From Vitrella brassicaformis CCMP3155 (Eukaryota > Protista > Chromerida): a DNA stretch of 63,796 nt. A program made the position numbers and the translations under genes. The notes beneath the pieces were generated by a model. The model had not been told where the DNA came from. It saw only the letters and a list, made by a program, of their open reading frames with translations, and did no database searches. The DNA is taken from contig CDMY01000281.1 in the NCBI GenBank assembly GCA_001179505.1, positions 72,784-136,579 on the forward strand, given 5' to 3'. This document shows positions 36,801-50,229 of the stretch, one piece after another (within the stretch, counting starts at the first letter, position 1; the number at the start of each line of letters is the position of its first letter).

Positions 36801-39062
36801 AGGACGACATCGGCGCCATGGCCCTTCCGGTCTGCCAGTCATCCTCCGGCACCTCGTCGCACTGCATCTTGTCGTCCCGACAAGACGTGTCTCCTACAAA
36901 CGTCGGCAACAACGATGTGGCGCCTGACGACCACAAGGGGCGAGAAGGCGGAGAGGCCAGGAGCCCGGAGATTACACACGAAGCTATTCTGCCGCTGGAG
37001 CCACCGACGGACACAGTGACCCCGGGAGCCAGCGTGATGGACGCCGATAACAGAGACGCAGAGCCGCCAGAGGTTCCCCGAGCTGCGCTGCGACTCCCGA
37101 TTGAGCGCGCTGGCGGCGTGGCTGCCATCAGGAAAGGCTTGTTCAACTTGGCCAGGGCCAAGCCGACCGAGGCCGTGGAGCCGGTACCTGCGAAGGACGA
37201 GAAGAAGGGCGCGGCAGATGCTGGGACACCTGGCAGCAGGGGGTCCATGTCGCCAGGAAGAAAAGCGCTCCAGTACGCCAAGGCCGTCTACCGCAACTCG
37301 ATGTAGGAATGCTCCACTCACCATCGCACAGACAGACGCAGGGAGAGCTGTGCTCAACTGGCTGTGTGTGTGCGTGCGTGTGTGTGTGTGTGGTGTCAGC
37401 GAGACGGTGAGTGAGTTGGTGGAGGAGGCGCACAGGATGTCTGAGGAGCTGCGGGCCAAGCCGGGGTGGGGAAGGGCCTTCGACTGCGTGACGACCTCGT
37501 GTCGCATCGTATGGTCGTCCGTTGCGGGGAAGGTCTCCAAGTGGATCTCACTCATATGGCTGGGCATGCTCACGTGGGTCATCGTCAGGCTCATCCTCAC
37601 GCTCGACATGATGAGCGTGAGTGCGGCGGGCTTTAGGCACAACCACATGCATCTGTCTCTGCCACATGTGTCCGTGTGTCTCTGTGTCTGTGTCTCCCTC
37701 TCTGCAGTCATTGAGCGACCGGAAGCACATAGTCTCAGAGCTGAAGGCTCTCCAGTTCCACATAAGGGAGGTGGCGGTCCTGGCACCCGACGTCGTGGAG
37801 AGAGACAGGTTTCCCTGGCGGACACTCATCAGCACATCGGGGCCCGACGGCGCAAGAGAGCAATTCTGGTACAACCTGCACGTTGCCGATGAAGAATTCG
37901 GCGAGCTTGTGCACGGAGAAAGTACAAAGAAGGCCGGTGGCGGCGGGATTGGCGGAACTTCAAGCTCCAGGAAGATCATGTACGAGCCTCACTGTTTCGT
38001 GGACGAGTCTTGCGACAACCGAACACACCCCTTCCCGGGCAGCATAGACCTGGAGCACGGACTCTATGAGGGTGTCCTGGTGTGGATGCGGCGTGCATAC
38101 GACTTCCATCACACGTACGACCACATCCACGGCACCACGCGACGCCTCCGCCAGGCGGACCGCCACAGGCGGTCGCTCAGAGGGGGAACGGCACACCGGT
38201 CAGCAGAACAAACCATACCAGAGCATTCTTGGCATTCTTCTGAGGCCGTGTACGTGCAGGGTGAATGGGAGCAGCAGTACTGCCTTTCGGCAGCTGTATG
38301 GGCGCGACTTTTCCGAACTATTCCAGGAGGATGACATGCCACTCACGTACCGTACCCACACCAGCCCAAACGCGGCGACACGAAGGCGGCGGACTCTCTG
38401 TGTGTTGTGTTGTGCGGCATCGCAGGATTGATCTGGAGCGTCCCCTGTGGTTTTGGTTCCTCACGAATGCGGTCGAGTACGATCTCACTGCAGGACTCCT
38501 CCAGCTGGAGAAGACATTCCTCGAGGTGTGTTCCAGGCAGGCACGCAGGCAGGGAGGCAGGGGACTTGAGAACGGCATGTGTCTCCTCTCCCCTCCCCCG
38601 ACACAGGACACGGAGGATGAGCTGGCACTCGACAAGAGTTTGCTATGGGCGCTGACGGCCGTGGCCTTCGCCATCATCGCCATCTGCGTAGCTATCTTCC
38701 ACGTCGTCTTCAACAACATGCGCAAACAAGTATACTGGCCACCGAGCCAACCAAAACAGAATACAGAGAGAGACACAGCCGACTGTGTATGTGTGTCTCA
38801 GGTTCGGTACGCCGTGACCTTCCTGTGGACGCTGCCGTGGGTGCTGACGGTGGATCACGAGCTCATCGCCCGCTTCTTCGACCCACACTACAAAGAGCAA
38901 GAAGATAACGAGTCGAGCGAGGGCGACAGCTCGCCTGTCTCGCCGCAAAAGAATACAAATGCCGAGGAAGTCGTTGCTGTAAAGACAGAGCCCTTTGCCG
39001 ATTTGTTTGCCAAGGCCAAGCTCAAGGATGCTATGACCGGCAAGAAACAGGCCGCCGAATAG
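30869..39062 (+). CDS. Large multi-pass membrane protein, TmcB (tiny macrocysts B)-like; no PAS domain seen
   Basis: N-terminal TM block (LFGVLYVL..), TPR-like helical region (SLSRFWKVM; YNTLIAKYPKNPSNWLLYTMF), further TM pairs, a 1.2-kb low-complexity exon, and C-terminal ..FLWTLPWVLTVDHELIARFF. About 30 exons. Family assigned by recalled pattern only. Confidence 0.6.
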
Positions 39063-39518
39063 AGGCTCACGAGATGGCGGGTGCGTGTTCATTATTTCTC
39101 CTTTGGTGCTCATTTGTCGGGTGGGTGCGTGCTCATGCTCTGCTGAGGCCTCGAGGGGCGGTACACACTACAGGTCGAATGCAGGTCTTGAGAGGTAGGT
39201 CTTTCGTCCACACACCATACCACATCACACCACACACGATACCTCCGTCTGTGTGGACGTGAGCGCGCGAAAAAAGAGAGACCGAGAGCGAACACATAAA
39301 TGAATGTGCATCAAAAGGCTGGCTGCACTTTACTTACTGCATTCAGTCGCGGGGGCCGCATTGCAAATGATTCGGCCCCCCATACGAAGAAACACCACTC
39401 AAAGACACGCACAGACCCACAGATAAGAAAAGAACAAGACCAGCAAGTCAAACAAACAAACCGACCGACCGACCGACCGACCGACACACACTGGGGACTC
39501 CCTCCCCGTCGCCATTCG

Positions 39519-40601
39519 TCATCTCTGGTAGTGAGCCCTCCACACCCTTGTCTCAATGTCCTCGCCCAGCAGCCGCCTGGTCGCCTCGCGAGTCCCCTCG
39601 GACGGCAGCCCCTCAGTCGTGCATATCGTGACCGAGCAGCTCGAGGCCCGTCCGGTCGCCCACTCGCACAGATGCATCACGGCTACATGACCCCCCTCGA
39701 CCCCGGAAGTGAGCGGAATCAGCCGGTGGTGGTCATGGTGCCTGCGCTTCTTGTCGTACACATGCGTCTGTGTCGACTCGGTGTGGCCATCACTGGCAGC
39801 ATCTTCGCTGCTTTGGGTTTTGAGCAGCGCACGCACCTTCCTGGAGCAAGGGGACGACGGCCGGAAGCTGCACGAGTACCGGCGGTGCTCAGACTGGTTG
39901 ATGCTGCTCCGAGAGAACAGAGCGACGAGGGCGAAGGCCACCATGCAGGCGTATGTGGGATGCACGTCGCCAACGAGCTCTGTCGGGGGGTTGCCGGGGT
40001 CGAATGAGTCCACCGGAAAGAGGTCGCTGGGCCTGTCGTGGACGACGCACGGGGCATAGGCATAGCTGTACGGCCGAAGCAGAGAATCTCCCTCCATCAC
40101 TCGGAAGGCCCTCCCAGTGTCAGGATCCTCCAGGGTCAGCTCCTGCGACAGCAGCTTCCACTGCCGCACAGCTGCAGGCAATCGTAGGTATGCGTGGAGC
40201 CTCGTAAAGGCCGCAAAGGTGGCGTCGGTGAGCACCAGCGGCTGTTTCTTCCGCATGAAGAACAGCAGCGCCAGATGGGTCCTCCAAATCCTCCAATCGC
40301 CTCCATATTCCAGAAGCCACAGCCGCCTGATCAGCCTCTGAACCAACTCTGCGGTCCCGCCATACTCATTTCGGTGCGAGGGGAGCTGTGGGATGGGCAC
40401 GACAAGAGACTCTCCGAAGCCGAGGGATTCCACAAAGGCTGCCAGACGGGCTTGGAGGTACTCGACACCCAGCAAATGCCACCGTCGCCTGTCCACCAGC
40501 CGGAGAGTGAGAACGACGGCAAGATCTCGGAGGGGAAGGTACCAAGTGACGATGGACTTCTTCAACTCATCAGGAACCGCCGCCCACAGTGACTCACTCA
40601 T
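39519..40601 (-). CDS. Intronless protein with an N-terminal F-box-like motif, probably from a lineage-expanded family
   Basis: Single ORF of about 360 aa. VPDELKKSIVTWYLPLRDLAVVLTLRLVDRR is F-box-like; also RRLWLLEYGGDWRIW. Confidence 0.75.
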   Translation of the reverse strand: MSESLWAAVPDELKKSIVTWYLPLRDLAVVLTLRLVDRRRWHLLGVEYLQARLAAFVESLGFGESLVVPIPQLPSHRNEYGGTAELVQRLIRRLWLLEYGGDWRIWRTHLALLFFMRKKQPLVLTDATFAAFTRLHAYLRLPAAVRQWKLLSQELTLEDPDTGRAFRVMEGDSLLRPYSYAYAPCVVHDRPSDLFPVDSFDPGNPPTELVGDVHPTYACMVAFALVALFSRSSINQSEHRRYSCSFRPSSPCSRKVRALLKTQSSEDAASDGHTESTQTHVYDKKRRHHDHHRLIPLTSGVEGGHVAVMHLCEWATGRASSCSVTICTTEGLPSEGTREATRRLLGEDIETRVWRAHYQR

Positions 40602-40955
40602 CCTCCGCACTTCTTCGATATGGGATGAGGAAGTGGTACCGCGCTGATAGCAGCTGCCGGCGTTAGGTCCATTGCCTTCGCGTGGAGCTAAGCTCGCATG
40701 GGGGCGATCGCGTTGCCCCCAGCATCGTTTTCGCGAGAAGAATCGTTTCGAGCGAGAAGAATCACCGCCTCCCGCCCTTGTACCTGCTAATTGCGGGAGC
40801 TGCAGAGCCTTTTGCCGTGTTTTTGCACCATGTTCCCGGTTCCACCCCCTCCTCCCCCGTCAGTCGGCTCATTCCAGGGCAAGACCGCCCCACTACCCCA
40901 TCAGCGGCCTTATGTGGGCCCCCCCGGTCCTCTGCCATAGTTCGGAAGGCCGCCA

Positions 40956-42505
40956 ATGCCGGTCACGCCGCCCAACGGGCGCTTCGTCCTGACGGTGCTG
41001 CAGAGAGGTCCTGGACCGGCCAGGCAGTCGCCTTTGCCACCCCCGCCCTCCATGCTAGGGTTTACACCGCCCACACCCCTGTCGGGCTGCCCGTCGGCCC
41101 GACACCGGACGCCGGCTGTCCCGTTTGTGCCGCCGAAATTCATCGCTCAACCTATTGTCAAGGTCGGTCAGTGCTTCTTCACGCTTCGGTCTTTTCTGCA
41201 CTGCATGAGCTTCACACGTGTGTGTGTCCTTTGGTCGCTGTGAGCAGGAGAGAGTCATCGAGATCGAGAAACACGAGATCGAGGAGCAGGTCGTGGAACT
41301 GCCCCAAACCGTGTACAAGGAGAAGTTCGTTGAGGTACCCAAGAAGGTACGCCTGTGTCAGACAGACAGACAGACAGACTGTCGGTCATATCTCCTTCCG
41401 CTAACAGGTCATCCAGCATCGTATAGTTTATGTTCGCAAGCCTCGGGTGAATCGGGAGCCTTATCGGGTGAGCAGACTGTAGGAAAGATGGGCAGACGAG
41501 AGCACAGACGGGAGGAAAGACACACGCGTCTCCTCTCCTTGACCTGCGTCTTCCTTTCTCAGCCTGTCCAGGCCCATCGCATGGCCAGTGTGCAGCCACC
41601 GATGGACAGGAATATGGTGTCGTTGCAGAGACCGGTGGGCGAGAGACACCTGCTTACCAGCCACCGACAGACAGCATGACGTGTTATGTCTCTCTCCTTG
41701 TCTCTCCTTTGTGCAGGGTGTGCACGGCGCTGCTTTGGTGAGCCCACGTCTGCCTCACGTGCGCCCGCCAACTTTCGAGCACATGGCAAGCAAGAGCAAA
41801 GGAACCGTGATGGCTCATGTCCATTTGTGCACATGCGCAGATGAGTAACCCGTTTGCGGCTCCGCCCCCGGCGCATGGTCCGTCGCGCAGGCTGGAGCAT
41901 CTGTGGTCGCATCCTCCGCCGCCAGTCGAGACGGGGGTGCCGACGGTGGCGCGGGACATGGGAAGGGCCCCGGGTGTTGGCGATGTCGGTGGCATGGCCA
42001 TGCCGCCCATGGGAACACCGGCCAGGGTGGTGCAGTACGGTCAGACTGGTGCTGTTCGACAGGGAGCTGGCGGGACCTGCCTGACAGTTGGTAGTGGCAT
42101 GGCGTCGCCCATGATGGCGCCCAGGACGAGCCACCAGTACACGCAGGCTGGCGCTGGTCGGGAGGCATCGCACGGCACATCCCTGACACACACGTGAGCG
42201 GGGCAATTGAGCTGACACAGGGAGGGAGAGACGAGGCAGAGACAGAGAGACGTGAATGATGTGTGTTTATGTGTCTCCCGTGGGCTGTGTGTGCGTGTGT
42301 ATGCAGGCGTGACGGTTCCCGTTTGGTACGCGTGGACTTATCGTCTCCCAGTCGCAGAGTATGCTCCCCATGTTCGCCGCCGGTGTGTCCACCGTTGCTC
42401 CGCTCGCCGCCCCCTGCCCGGCCAGGCGGCCCGCTCAACCAGCGGCGCGGCAACACTGCCAGGCGACAGCCGCCCCTGCCGCCATACATGCGCCGCCGCT
42501 CGTGA
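40956..42505 (+). CDS. Alveolin/IMC-like protein (short EKxVEVP-type repeat block, Pro-rich flanks), copy 1
   Basis: ERVIEIEKHEIEEQVVELPQTVYKEKFVEVPKKVIQHRIVYVRKP. Seven in-frame exons. Confidence 0.7.
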
Positions 42506-42799
42506 GGCCAAGACAGAAGGAAGGAGACACGAAGAGGCAACGGCCCGAGGGTTTGTGCGTTCATGTGCATGAGGCAATCAATGCGACATAGCTGCATGGA
42601 GCTATAGGCGTTGATTGGACATTCAGATTCGATTGGACTGTCGTCTCATGTGCTTGACGACACTTACCAGACCATGCATGCCATTGTCGAATTATCCACC
42701 GGCACGGCGTGCAGCAGGTGCAAAGAAACATGGTGCATTGAGAATGCGTGTGTGTTCGGTCCGTCAACGCCAGAGTGGCTTTATAGGCATTGATTGATT

Positions 42800-45470
42800 G
42801 AGTCGTGAGTCAGTCAAGGTCAGGCCTGACAGACAGGCGATAGTGTACCCATACAAACCGTATCTATGTACGGCTGGCATTGGCTGGGAGGGAGGCAGCT
42901 GGACAAACAGACAGACAGACAAGACAGGCACAAGGCAGACAGGGAGAGAGAGAGGGAGGGAGGGAGGGAGGGAAGGCCTCCACATGTGGAGGCCGGCCGA
43001 GTATACTGACTGCCACCTACGCGTGCTGATACATACTTATCTCACTGTGTGGTGTTAGGGGCACCACATCATGATGCATGGCATGCAGCCAGCCGGAGTT
43101 GGCCAGTGCACTCACCCACTCAATCACTCAACCACTCCATCCATCCATCCGTGTGCTGTGCTGGCTGTCAAGGCCGGCCGATATCTTATCTTACAGGCAG
43201 CAACTTGAAGAGAGAGACGTGCGTGCGCACGCACATATGAGCACGCACCATCATGATGCTCATCTACGCAGCAGCAGCAGCAGCAACATCCACCACACAT
43301 AGGGAAAAGACCAGATGTACCTAACTACATCACGCACACACACACGCACAGACGCACACCCTGCGCAATGGCATCATTAATATGCGCCAATGCATCTGTG
43401 GTAAGTACGTACGCATCAACTAGGGCCATCAATCCATCCATCGACGCAAGAATCAAATCCACATGTGGTGCCCTTCTTCCCAGGCAGTCCGCACACGCTC
43501 ACGCAACACACACAAAACTGGTGGGGCCCTCCCCTCCCTCCATCCCTCCCGCCCCGCCGGCCATCGACCATGCCTGCCTCCATCCATGGGCGTGATTCCA
43601 AAATCGTAAAGCCCCCATGCCCCTCTGGCACTGCTGCCCCTTTCTCTCTCTCCCCCTAGCTTGGTAGGATCCCCCGTGTGTGTGTGATGGAGGGATGGGA
43701 TGGCTGGTGAGTGAGTCAGTGAGTGGCCAAAATGTCCAGACGGACAGACGGACAGACAGACAGAAAGGATATGGGAGACAGATGGATGGAGAGGAGAAAG
43801 GACGAAGGTACACGAACAGGCCCGTGCGTTAATGACATCATCTGTCCGTCTGTGTGTACGTCGCTTCAAAAGCAGCCATCCAGCCATCCATCCATCCATC
43901 CAGCGGCGGGTGCATAAAAGTGCCCACCCCCACCCCCACCCCCACCCCCACCCACAGCACACAACAACAAGTGACCATCCGAGAGACGCCACGCACCTAA
44001 ATCCACAATCGCCCACAACAGACAGACAGACCGGCACATGACATCGTTCGTATGAAAAGACAAGACAAAAGAGCCAAGTACCGACAGACATCCGAGGCCC
44101 AAGGTTCTGTGCTGCCGGACAGACGGACGTGGGTGATCTGACGGCCCCTGTTTAAACTGACAGGCGGCGGTCAATCAACCCATCTGTCTGTCTGTCTGTC
44201 CTTCCTCCCTCCTTCATGGCGGAGACAAAAAATGGTCTCCACTTTGCCCCCGAGCCATCCATCCATCCATCCAACAATTCTCAATCCGTTCCTTCCTCCT
44301 TTACCGTCCGTCCGGCCCTCCCTACGCATGCAGCCAAAACGGGTGTGTGTATGTGTGTGTGCATGTTGGTACCAATCTAGATACACATAGATAGACATTC
44401 GACACGACAGAGACGAGACGAGACGAGACGACACGACACACTTACTCGTTGACGGGACGGCACGGATGGGAAATAGTATTATTGCGATCGACACGAACGG
44501 CACGAACGACACTTAGACAGACCGACGAGCGACACAGAGAAGGCGGCAAAACAGAGAGCACGGTGGGTGGACCGGTGGCGACTGAGGAGGAGAGGAGAGG
44601 GGACAGAACGCAACAGCGACAATCGACCGATCCAACGCACCAAAAACGGACCGCATCACATTCAAGGCACATAGAGACAGACAGACAGACAGATAGCCCA
44701 GCATGGACAGCATGGCTGGGTGGTGCGATCGCTCAGGGGGGCAGACAGACAGACAGCAGACAAGGGGTCGGCAGGCGGGCAGGCAGGCAGGATGGATTGA
44801 CGGACGGATGGATGGATGAAGCAATCCGTCTCACCTCCCTTTCGTCTCATCTGCCCTCTCTATTCAGCCAGCCCTTGTTTGTGTCACGCCCCGAGATCAA
44901 CAAAAAGGCCGATCACCGGCGGCATGACCCACTCACTCACTCACTCAGGTCACTCTACAGTACATAAGGGCCCAGCAGCCCTCACCTCCACATCCATCCA
45001 TCCATCCATCGAGCGACCGACCCGGGACCCTCCCTGTCTGCCTGCCGCCTGTCCGTTGCCTGCCGCCCCACCTGCCAGCGAGAGTACAGAGGAAAGAAGA
45101 CAGAAAGCCATTGATTGAGAATACAGAAGGTAGCTAGGTGGACAGAGAGACAGGTGAGAAGCGAGCCCTCATAGTGCATCCCTCCCTCCCTCCCTCCCTC
45201 CCCCACACCTCCCTCACATCATTATAAGCACCCCCCGTCCCGTCCTGTACACACACCAACACACACATACAGATTTAGGCACGACACGCAACGCACGGAG
45301 AGGAGACGAGGAGCGCGATCCATCTTGGCCAGCCAGCCAGCCAGCCAGCCAGGCCGCCCACCCTCTGCTGTGCTCTGCCCTCTTCTCCCATCAAGCAATC
45401 GACCGGGCAGGCAGGCAGGCAGGCAGGCAGACAGCAGAAAAAAACCTCACAGACATGTAGTTCGTTTGGC
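42800..45470. repeat. Microsatellite-dense region between convergent genes (probable long 3' UTRs)
   Basis: (CCAT)n, (AGAC)n, (GAGAC)n, (GGCA)n and (CA)n tracts with no credible codon-like ORF. Confidence 0.6.
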
Positions 45471-45663
45471 TGTATGCTGATCTATGCAGTGTGATGTGAT
45501 GTAATGTGATGTGGTGCAGGTGGTGAGCGAAATGACCACAGGAGGAAACATCCCCCTTCCAGCCATCCCCCCTCTAGCCATCCATCGAGAGTGAGAAAGA
45601 GATAATGAGACAGAGACAGACAGAGAGAAGGGCGAGACGAGAGCGAACAGATAGAAAGAGCGG

Positions 45664-48600
45664 TCAGGAGGAGAGCTCCTGGGGACAGACAGAGAGGGAA
45701 AGCAAGCACAAACAACCATGGAATGATGTGTCTGTCTATGACGTGTGCTGACTTGTGTGTTTCCTGAGTGGTTCACCCACCAGGTACTTTTCTTGCAGCA
45801 GAAGGAAGGCCATAGCGTTCGAAAAGGCTGTACCCCTGGCCAACACAACCAACACACAAAGAAGCATAGCATTGCCCCTAACCGACAGACAGACAGCCTG
45901 CCCCTCCCTCTCCCTCCCTGACCCACCTGATCGAGACGACGGCAAAGGACCCCCCCGACCCTCCCCCGATGACAGGCTGCCTGTTGACGGTCAGCTCAGC
46001 CCCCGTCCGGCTCATAATGTAGGCCAAAGTGGTGGTGGGGGGGCCCACGGTAGATGCAGCGGCGGGGTCGGAGGGGTGCGGCGCCCACAGGGCCGACGCG
46101 CCGTTCCAGGGGAAGAGGACGTGCATCGTCGTCGGCCGCATCGACAGGGGCGGGTTGCCGCGGGACAGACCACTGCACATATCCACACATGCGTGGCGTC
46201 ACGCAACGCAACACACGACACACTGTGTGTGAGGGCGTGGCTTACGTACCTGATGCTGTTTGCCATGAGCATGAAGTGGTCAGGCTGTATCTGTGAGAAG
46301 GCCGCGGCGTCGCCCGCCGCCCCGCCCACACCACCACCAGCCCCATAGGCCCCCTGGAGCATGGCGGGGTGCAGCTGGCCGGCCATGGCGGGGCCGGGCG
46401 GGGGGGAGGGGCTCGTGACGATGCCTGACCCCTCGTCGATCGACCTCTCCTGAAGCATCTCGTACACCTGACGGACGGACGGATGGAAAAGACGAGACGA
46501 GTGAGTTTGGGACTGTGTGTGTGTGTGTGTGTGTCTTTGTTACGATTTGGCACGCTTTGGCTCTGGCGAGAGGTGGGCCGGTGATGGTCAGGATGCTGGC
46601 GGACACAGACAGACAGACAGACAAACAGACAGGTGTGTGTGTGACACATCTGACTGACATTGGGTCGTTGGCGCGCTCACCGCTCGTCAGTGCTGCTCTC
46701 CCTCTGCTCGCCCTTCTGGATCGACGCACCTGCAGCCGACACACACACACACACACACACACATACACAGTTGTTGACCGATAGCCAGCCATGGTGTGGC
46801 TGGGCTGTGTTGTGTGTACCTGAGAGCCTCTGTATGCTCTGCACTTGAGACCCGGATCGGCCGATGAGGTGGGGAAAGACCATGGACGGCAGCAGCAGCC
46901 GCAGCGTGGGCGTCGGGCTGTTGCGCGTCTCCAGACACTGACACAGCATGTGCAGCGCCTGCACGATGGCCAGAGATACACACACACACACACACACACG
47001 CACACACGTATCAACACACCTTGCCGCCATGCGTGTGTCTTGTGTGTGTGGTGAGATGTGGTGTGTTGACCTTGCTCATGGCCTGCCATGTGCCCATGAC
47101 GTCGATAACCTTGTCGCCCGGGTCGCAGGGCGGCACCGGCCCGTCGCCGATCTCCACCGTGGCCGTCGACTCGCTACGCACCTGCTTGATGTGAGCACCC
47201 TGGATATTGACACACAACACAACCAGACAGACAAAGAATGACAACACCGAGCCGAGTGTGGTGTGGTGTGGCGTGGGTCGTCTCACTCACCTGCTTGCCG
47301 ACGATCCAGCCCGTCTCCTCCTTGGTCACCACGAGCTTGGCTATCACATTCGACTTCCACGACGGGTGCAAACGAGTCGCTACTGCACGACAGACAGACA
47401 CCCCACACGCGCGCACACACAGATGGACGGACAGCCATGCCACCGTTGGTTGCGCCGTTTGCGCCATCCATCCATGCCATGCCGCCCCACTTCACTGACC
47501 AATGTTGCCCGATGCCAAAGGGTGTGCGGCCACGATGGGTGTGGGGGGCTGGCCTGCGCCCCCGGCAGCGGAGAGGAAGCCATTAGGGAGCGGGCCAGGG
47601 CCCGCCGGCTGCGAGCTGGGGTGGCCGCCCATGCCCATCTGGATGCCGGGATAGCTCGGGGGCGTCACCTGGCGCATACCCGACGACACACTCACCGGGC
47701 TGACGCTGGGGAACTTGGTAGGGTTGAGGTCTTCCCGTGTGATGCGGCCGCCCGCGAGCAGGTCAGCCAGGATGTTGTTGACGGCCGTCATGGCCGCCAC
47801 GACGGCAGGAATCCGACCAGTCACCGATATCCGCCGGTCGCTCACGCCGAACAACTGACATGACACACAAGACGAAACGACGAGCAGCATTGTGGCTGCC
47901 TGAGTGTGTGTGTGTGTGCGTGTGTACGTCTCTGGCGATCTGTATGTCGGCGCACGCCTCGACGCTGATGCTCTTGATCGTCGCCCCGCGCACACCGATA
48001 ATCGCAGAACCTGACACACCACACACCACACACAGCAGGTGAGGTGAAAGGGCATTGATTTGATTGGTCTGGCAGACAGACAGACAGGCAGTCAGGCTCA
48101 CATGCGGCGTCGGGCACGACGAAGTAGAATGTAGAGGCGTGCGCCCCGTCCTCCTCCTCGAGATGCAGATCTTGCAGCGAATCCAGCACCAGAGTGCTGC
48201 TGTCGCCTCGGCCATACCTGCACCACGCACACACAGTGTGTCGACGGCGTGGCGTCTGTGTGGTTCGCTCTCACACACACTCACCTGGTGCTATCAGCGC
48301 TGTCTGAAGGTACGGTGAGCGTGTGTGGTGTGCTGCTGTGCGAGAGCTCCCGCCTCCCCAGCTGCTTGAGCCGCTTCAGCACCAGAGCCAAAGCACGCTC
48401 CTTCTGCTGAGTGCTGCCCGTTATACGCACCACCTGACAGACAGACACACAGACAGACACAGGCCCAGAATGTGTGTGTGTGTGTGATCGGTTTGCTCGT
48501 GTGGTGTGATTGGATACCTTTTCCTGGTGTGGCGACACGGTCCCTAGAGCATGGTGCTGCGCTATGATCCTCGCCTGCACCTGACAGACAGACAGACAGA

Positions 48601-49016
48601 CCAACGTGTGTGTGGTTGGTCTGTCGTGGGTGTGCCTATCTGTGGTCGGTTCGTACCTCCCTCTCAAGTACGAGTATGTCAGCCCCCGACTGCTCCTTGA
48701 TCTGCCGCACCACCGCCCCCTTGGACCCCACAATGAACCCCACACTCTCGGACGGCACCAGCAGTCGGTACGGCACCATGCCCTCCCTCCTCTCCCTCTC
48801 CACAGAATCCGACTCCCCCGGGTCGTCGTGGTGCGACGGCGGGCTCTTGGACACATCGTGGTGCGTGGGCGTCTCGGCGGTAGACTTGTCCATGCTGCCC
48901 TCGTCGAGTGCGTTGTTTGCGGCGGCCCCATTGCTGGCCTGGGCGCCGGCGTCCTCCTCGCCCATCCCGGCCCCTCCGCCCGCAGCCAAGGGTGCCGACG
49001 GGGGACTGCTACTCAT
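45664..49016 (-). CDS. Multi-KH-domain RNA-binding protein (PCBP/hnRNP K-like)
   Basis: At least four KH GxxG loops: GFIVGSKGAVVRQI, SAIIGVRGATIKSI, GWIVGKQGAHIKQV, PHLIGRSGSQVQSI. Confidence 0.9.
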
Positions 49017-49513
49017 CCAGCGGGGGATGAAGACGTACCCTTGACCCCTGATGGTGGGTATGGTGGGATGGTTGGTGAATGTGATGATCTGGTAAGTGGT
49101 GATCCACGCCACACAACACTGGATAGTCTTGGCGCAACGAAATGCGGGGAGCGGACTACAGGGACGGTGGGACAGCTGCGTGCGGCGCACAGGGGACGTC
49201 ACGATGGGCTGGGGAACGAAAATGAGGTCGCTGAACCGCCATTGTCGGCTTCGCCAAGGTGACAAACGAAAGTCAAGGCCACAAGCTGGGATGGGGCGCC
49301 CTGGCAGCCGGTTCGCCTCTGCCGCGATTGCGAGCCAGGATGTCTGAAGGACGAGCTTGGAGGCAGAGAAAGGGGAACCCGCCCCGAAGAGGCTCAAAGG
49401 CATACAGACGCGTCAGGAGAGCTATTCTCTTTCGGCAGATCTTTGATCATCACACCAGGTCTGGACACACAGAGAGATCTGTGAGTGAGTTCGAGCGTCC
49501 TCTCTCGTTGCTG

Positions 49514-50190
49514 ATGGCCAAGGGCAAGTTCAAGAAGCTGCGTGACACTACCCTGTCCCGCAAGGCCACGTCAACCTTCGGCAGCAAGGCGCGCGACACT
49601 GATGAGGTGGCCTTCTCGTTCCAGCAGTTCTTCATTGACCTGGTGGGGCACATACTCTATCGGCAGTTCCTGTTCCCATGCTACCCCGTCATGTGGCTGC
49701 TCTACGGCGGACGCAAGGGGGGATGGATGGCCATGAAGTAAGTGAGCTAAGCAGACAGGCAATCGAACGAACACTCACTGCAGTTGGTTGGTCGGTTGAT
49801 CATGCTTGCCTCGCTGACCCCGGCTGCTGCGGTGCACCGATTGGATGCCATCAGGAACCGGCATTTCCTGAGCTTCTCGTGGCACTCGTGGCTGCCTTTG
49901 CTCACTGTGTAAGCAATGAGGGATGAGCCAGGCGCTGGTTCATTTTGTTTCATTGAGGCTTGTGTGTGTGTGTGTGTTGGTTGGTTGGTTGGTTGCCTGG
50001 CTGCAGTGTGTTCTACATGATATCGTTTTACACTTACGTTTTGGGCCGTCCTGCGTCGGTCTACGCCATCGAGATCCTCCACATGGTGCTCGTGGTGCAC
50101 CTGCACTCATTCACCGTCGCTGTTAAATACGGGTGGGTGCGGACCGCACTTAAGACAACACACAAACCCACACACAGAGGGAGGAGCACA

Positions 50191-50229
<39 letters not shown>

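Noticed and set aside
36125-37306. 393-aa ORF as a stand-alone gene
   Set aside because: It has a GT donor just before the stop (AT|GTAGGA) that splices in frame into the next TM exon, so it is an internal exon of the TmcB-like gene.
42800-45470. ORFs up to 212 aa between the alveolin and KH genes
   Set aside because: Composed of simple repeats; no consistent spliced frame could be assembled.
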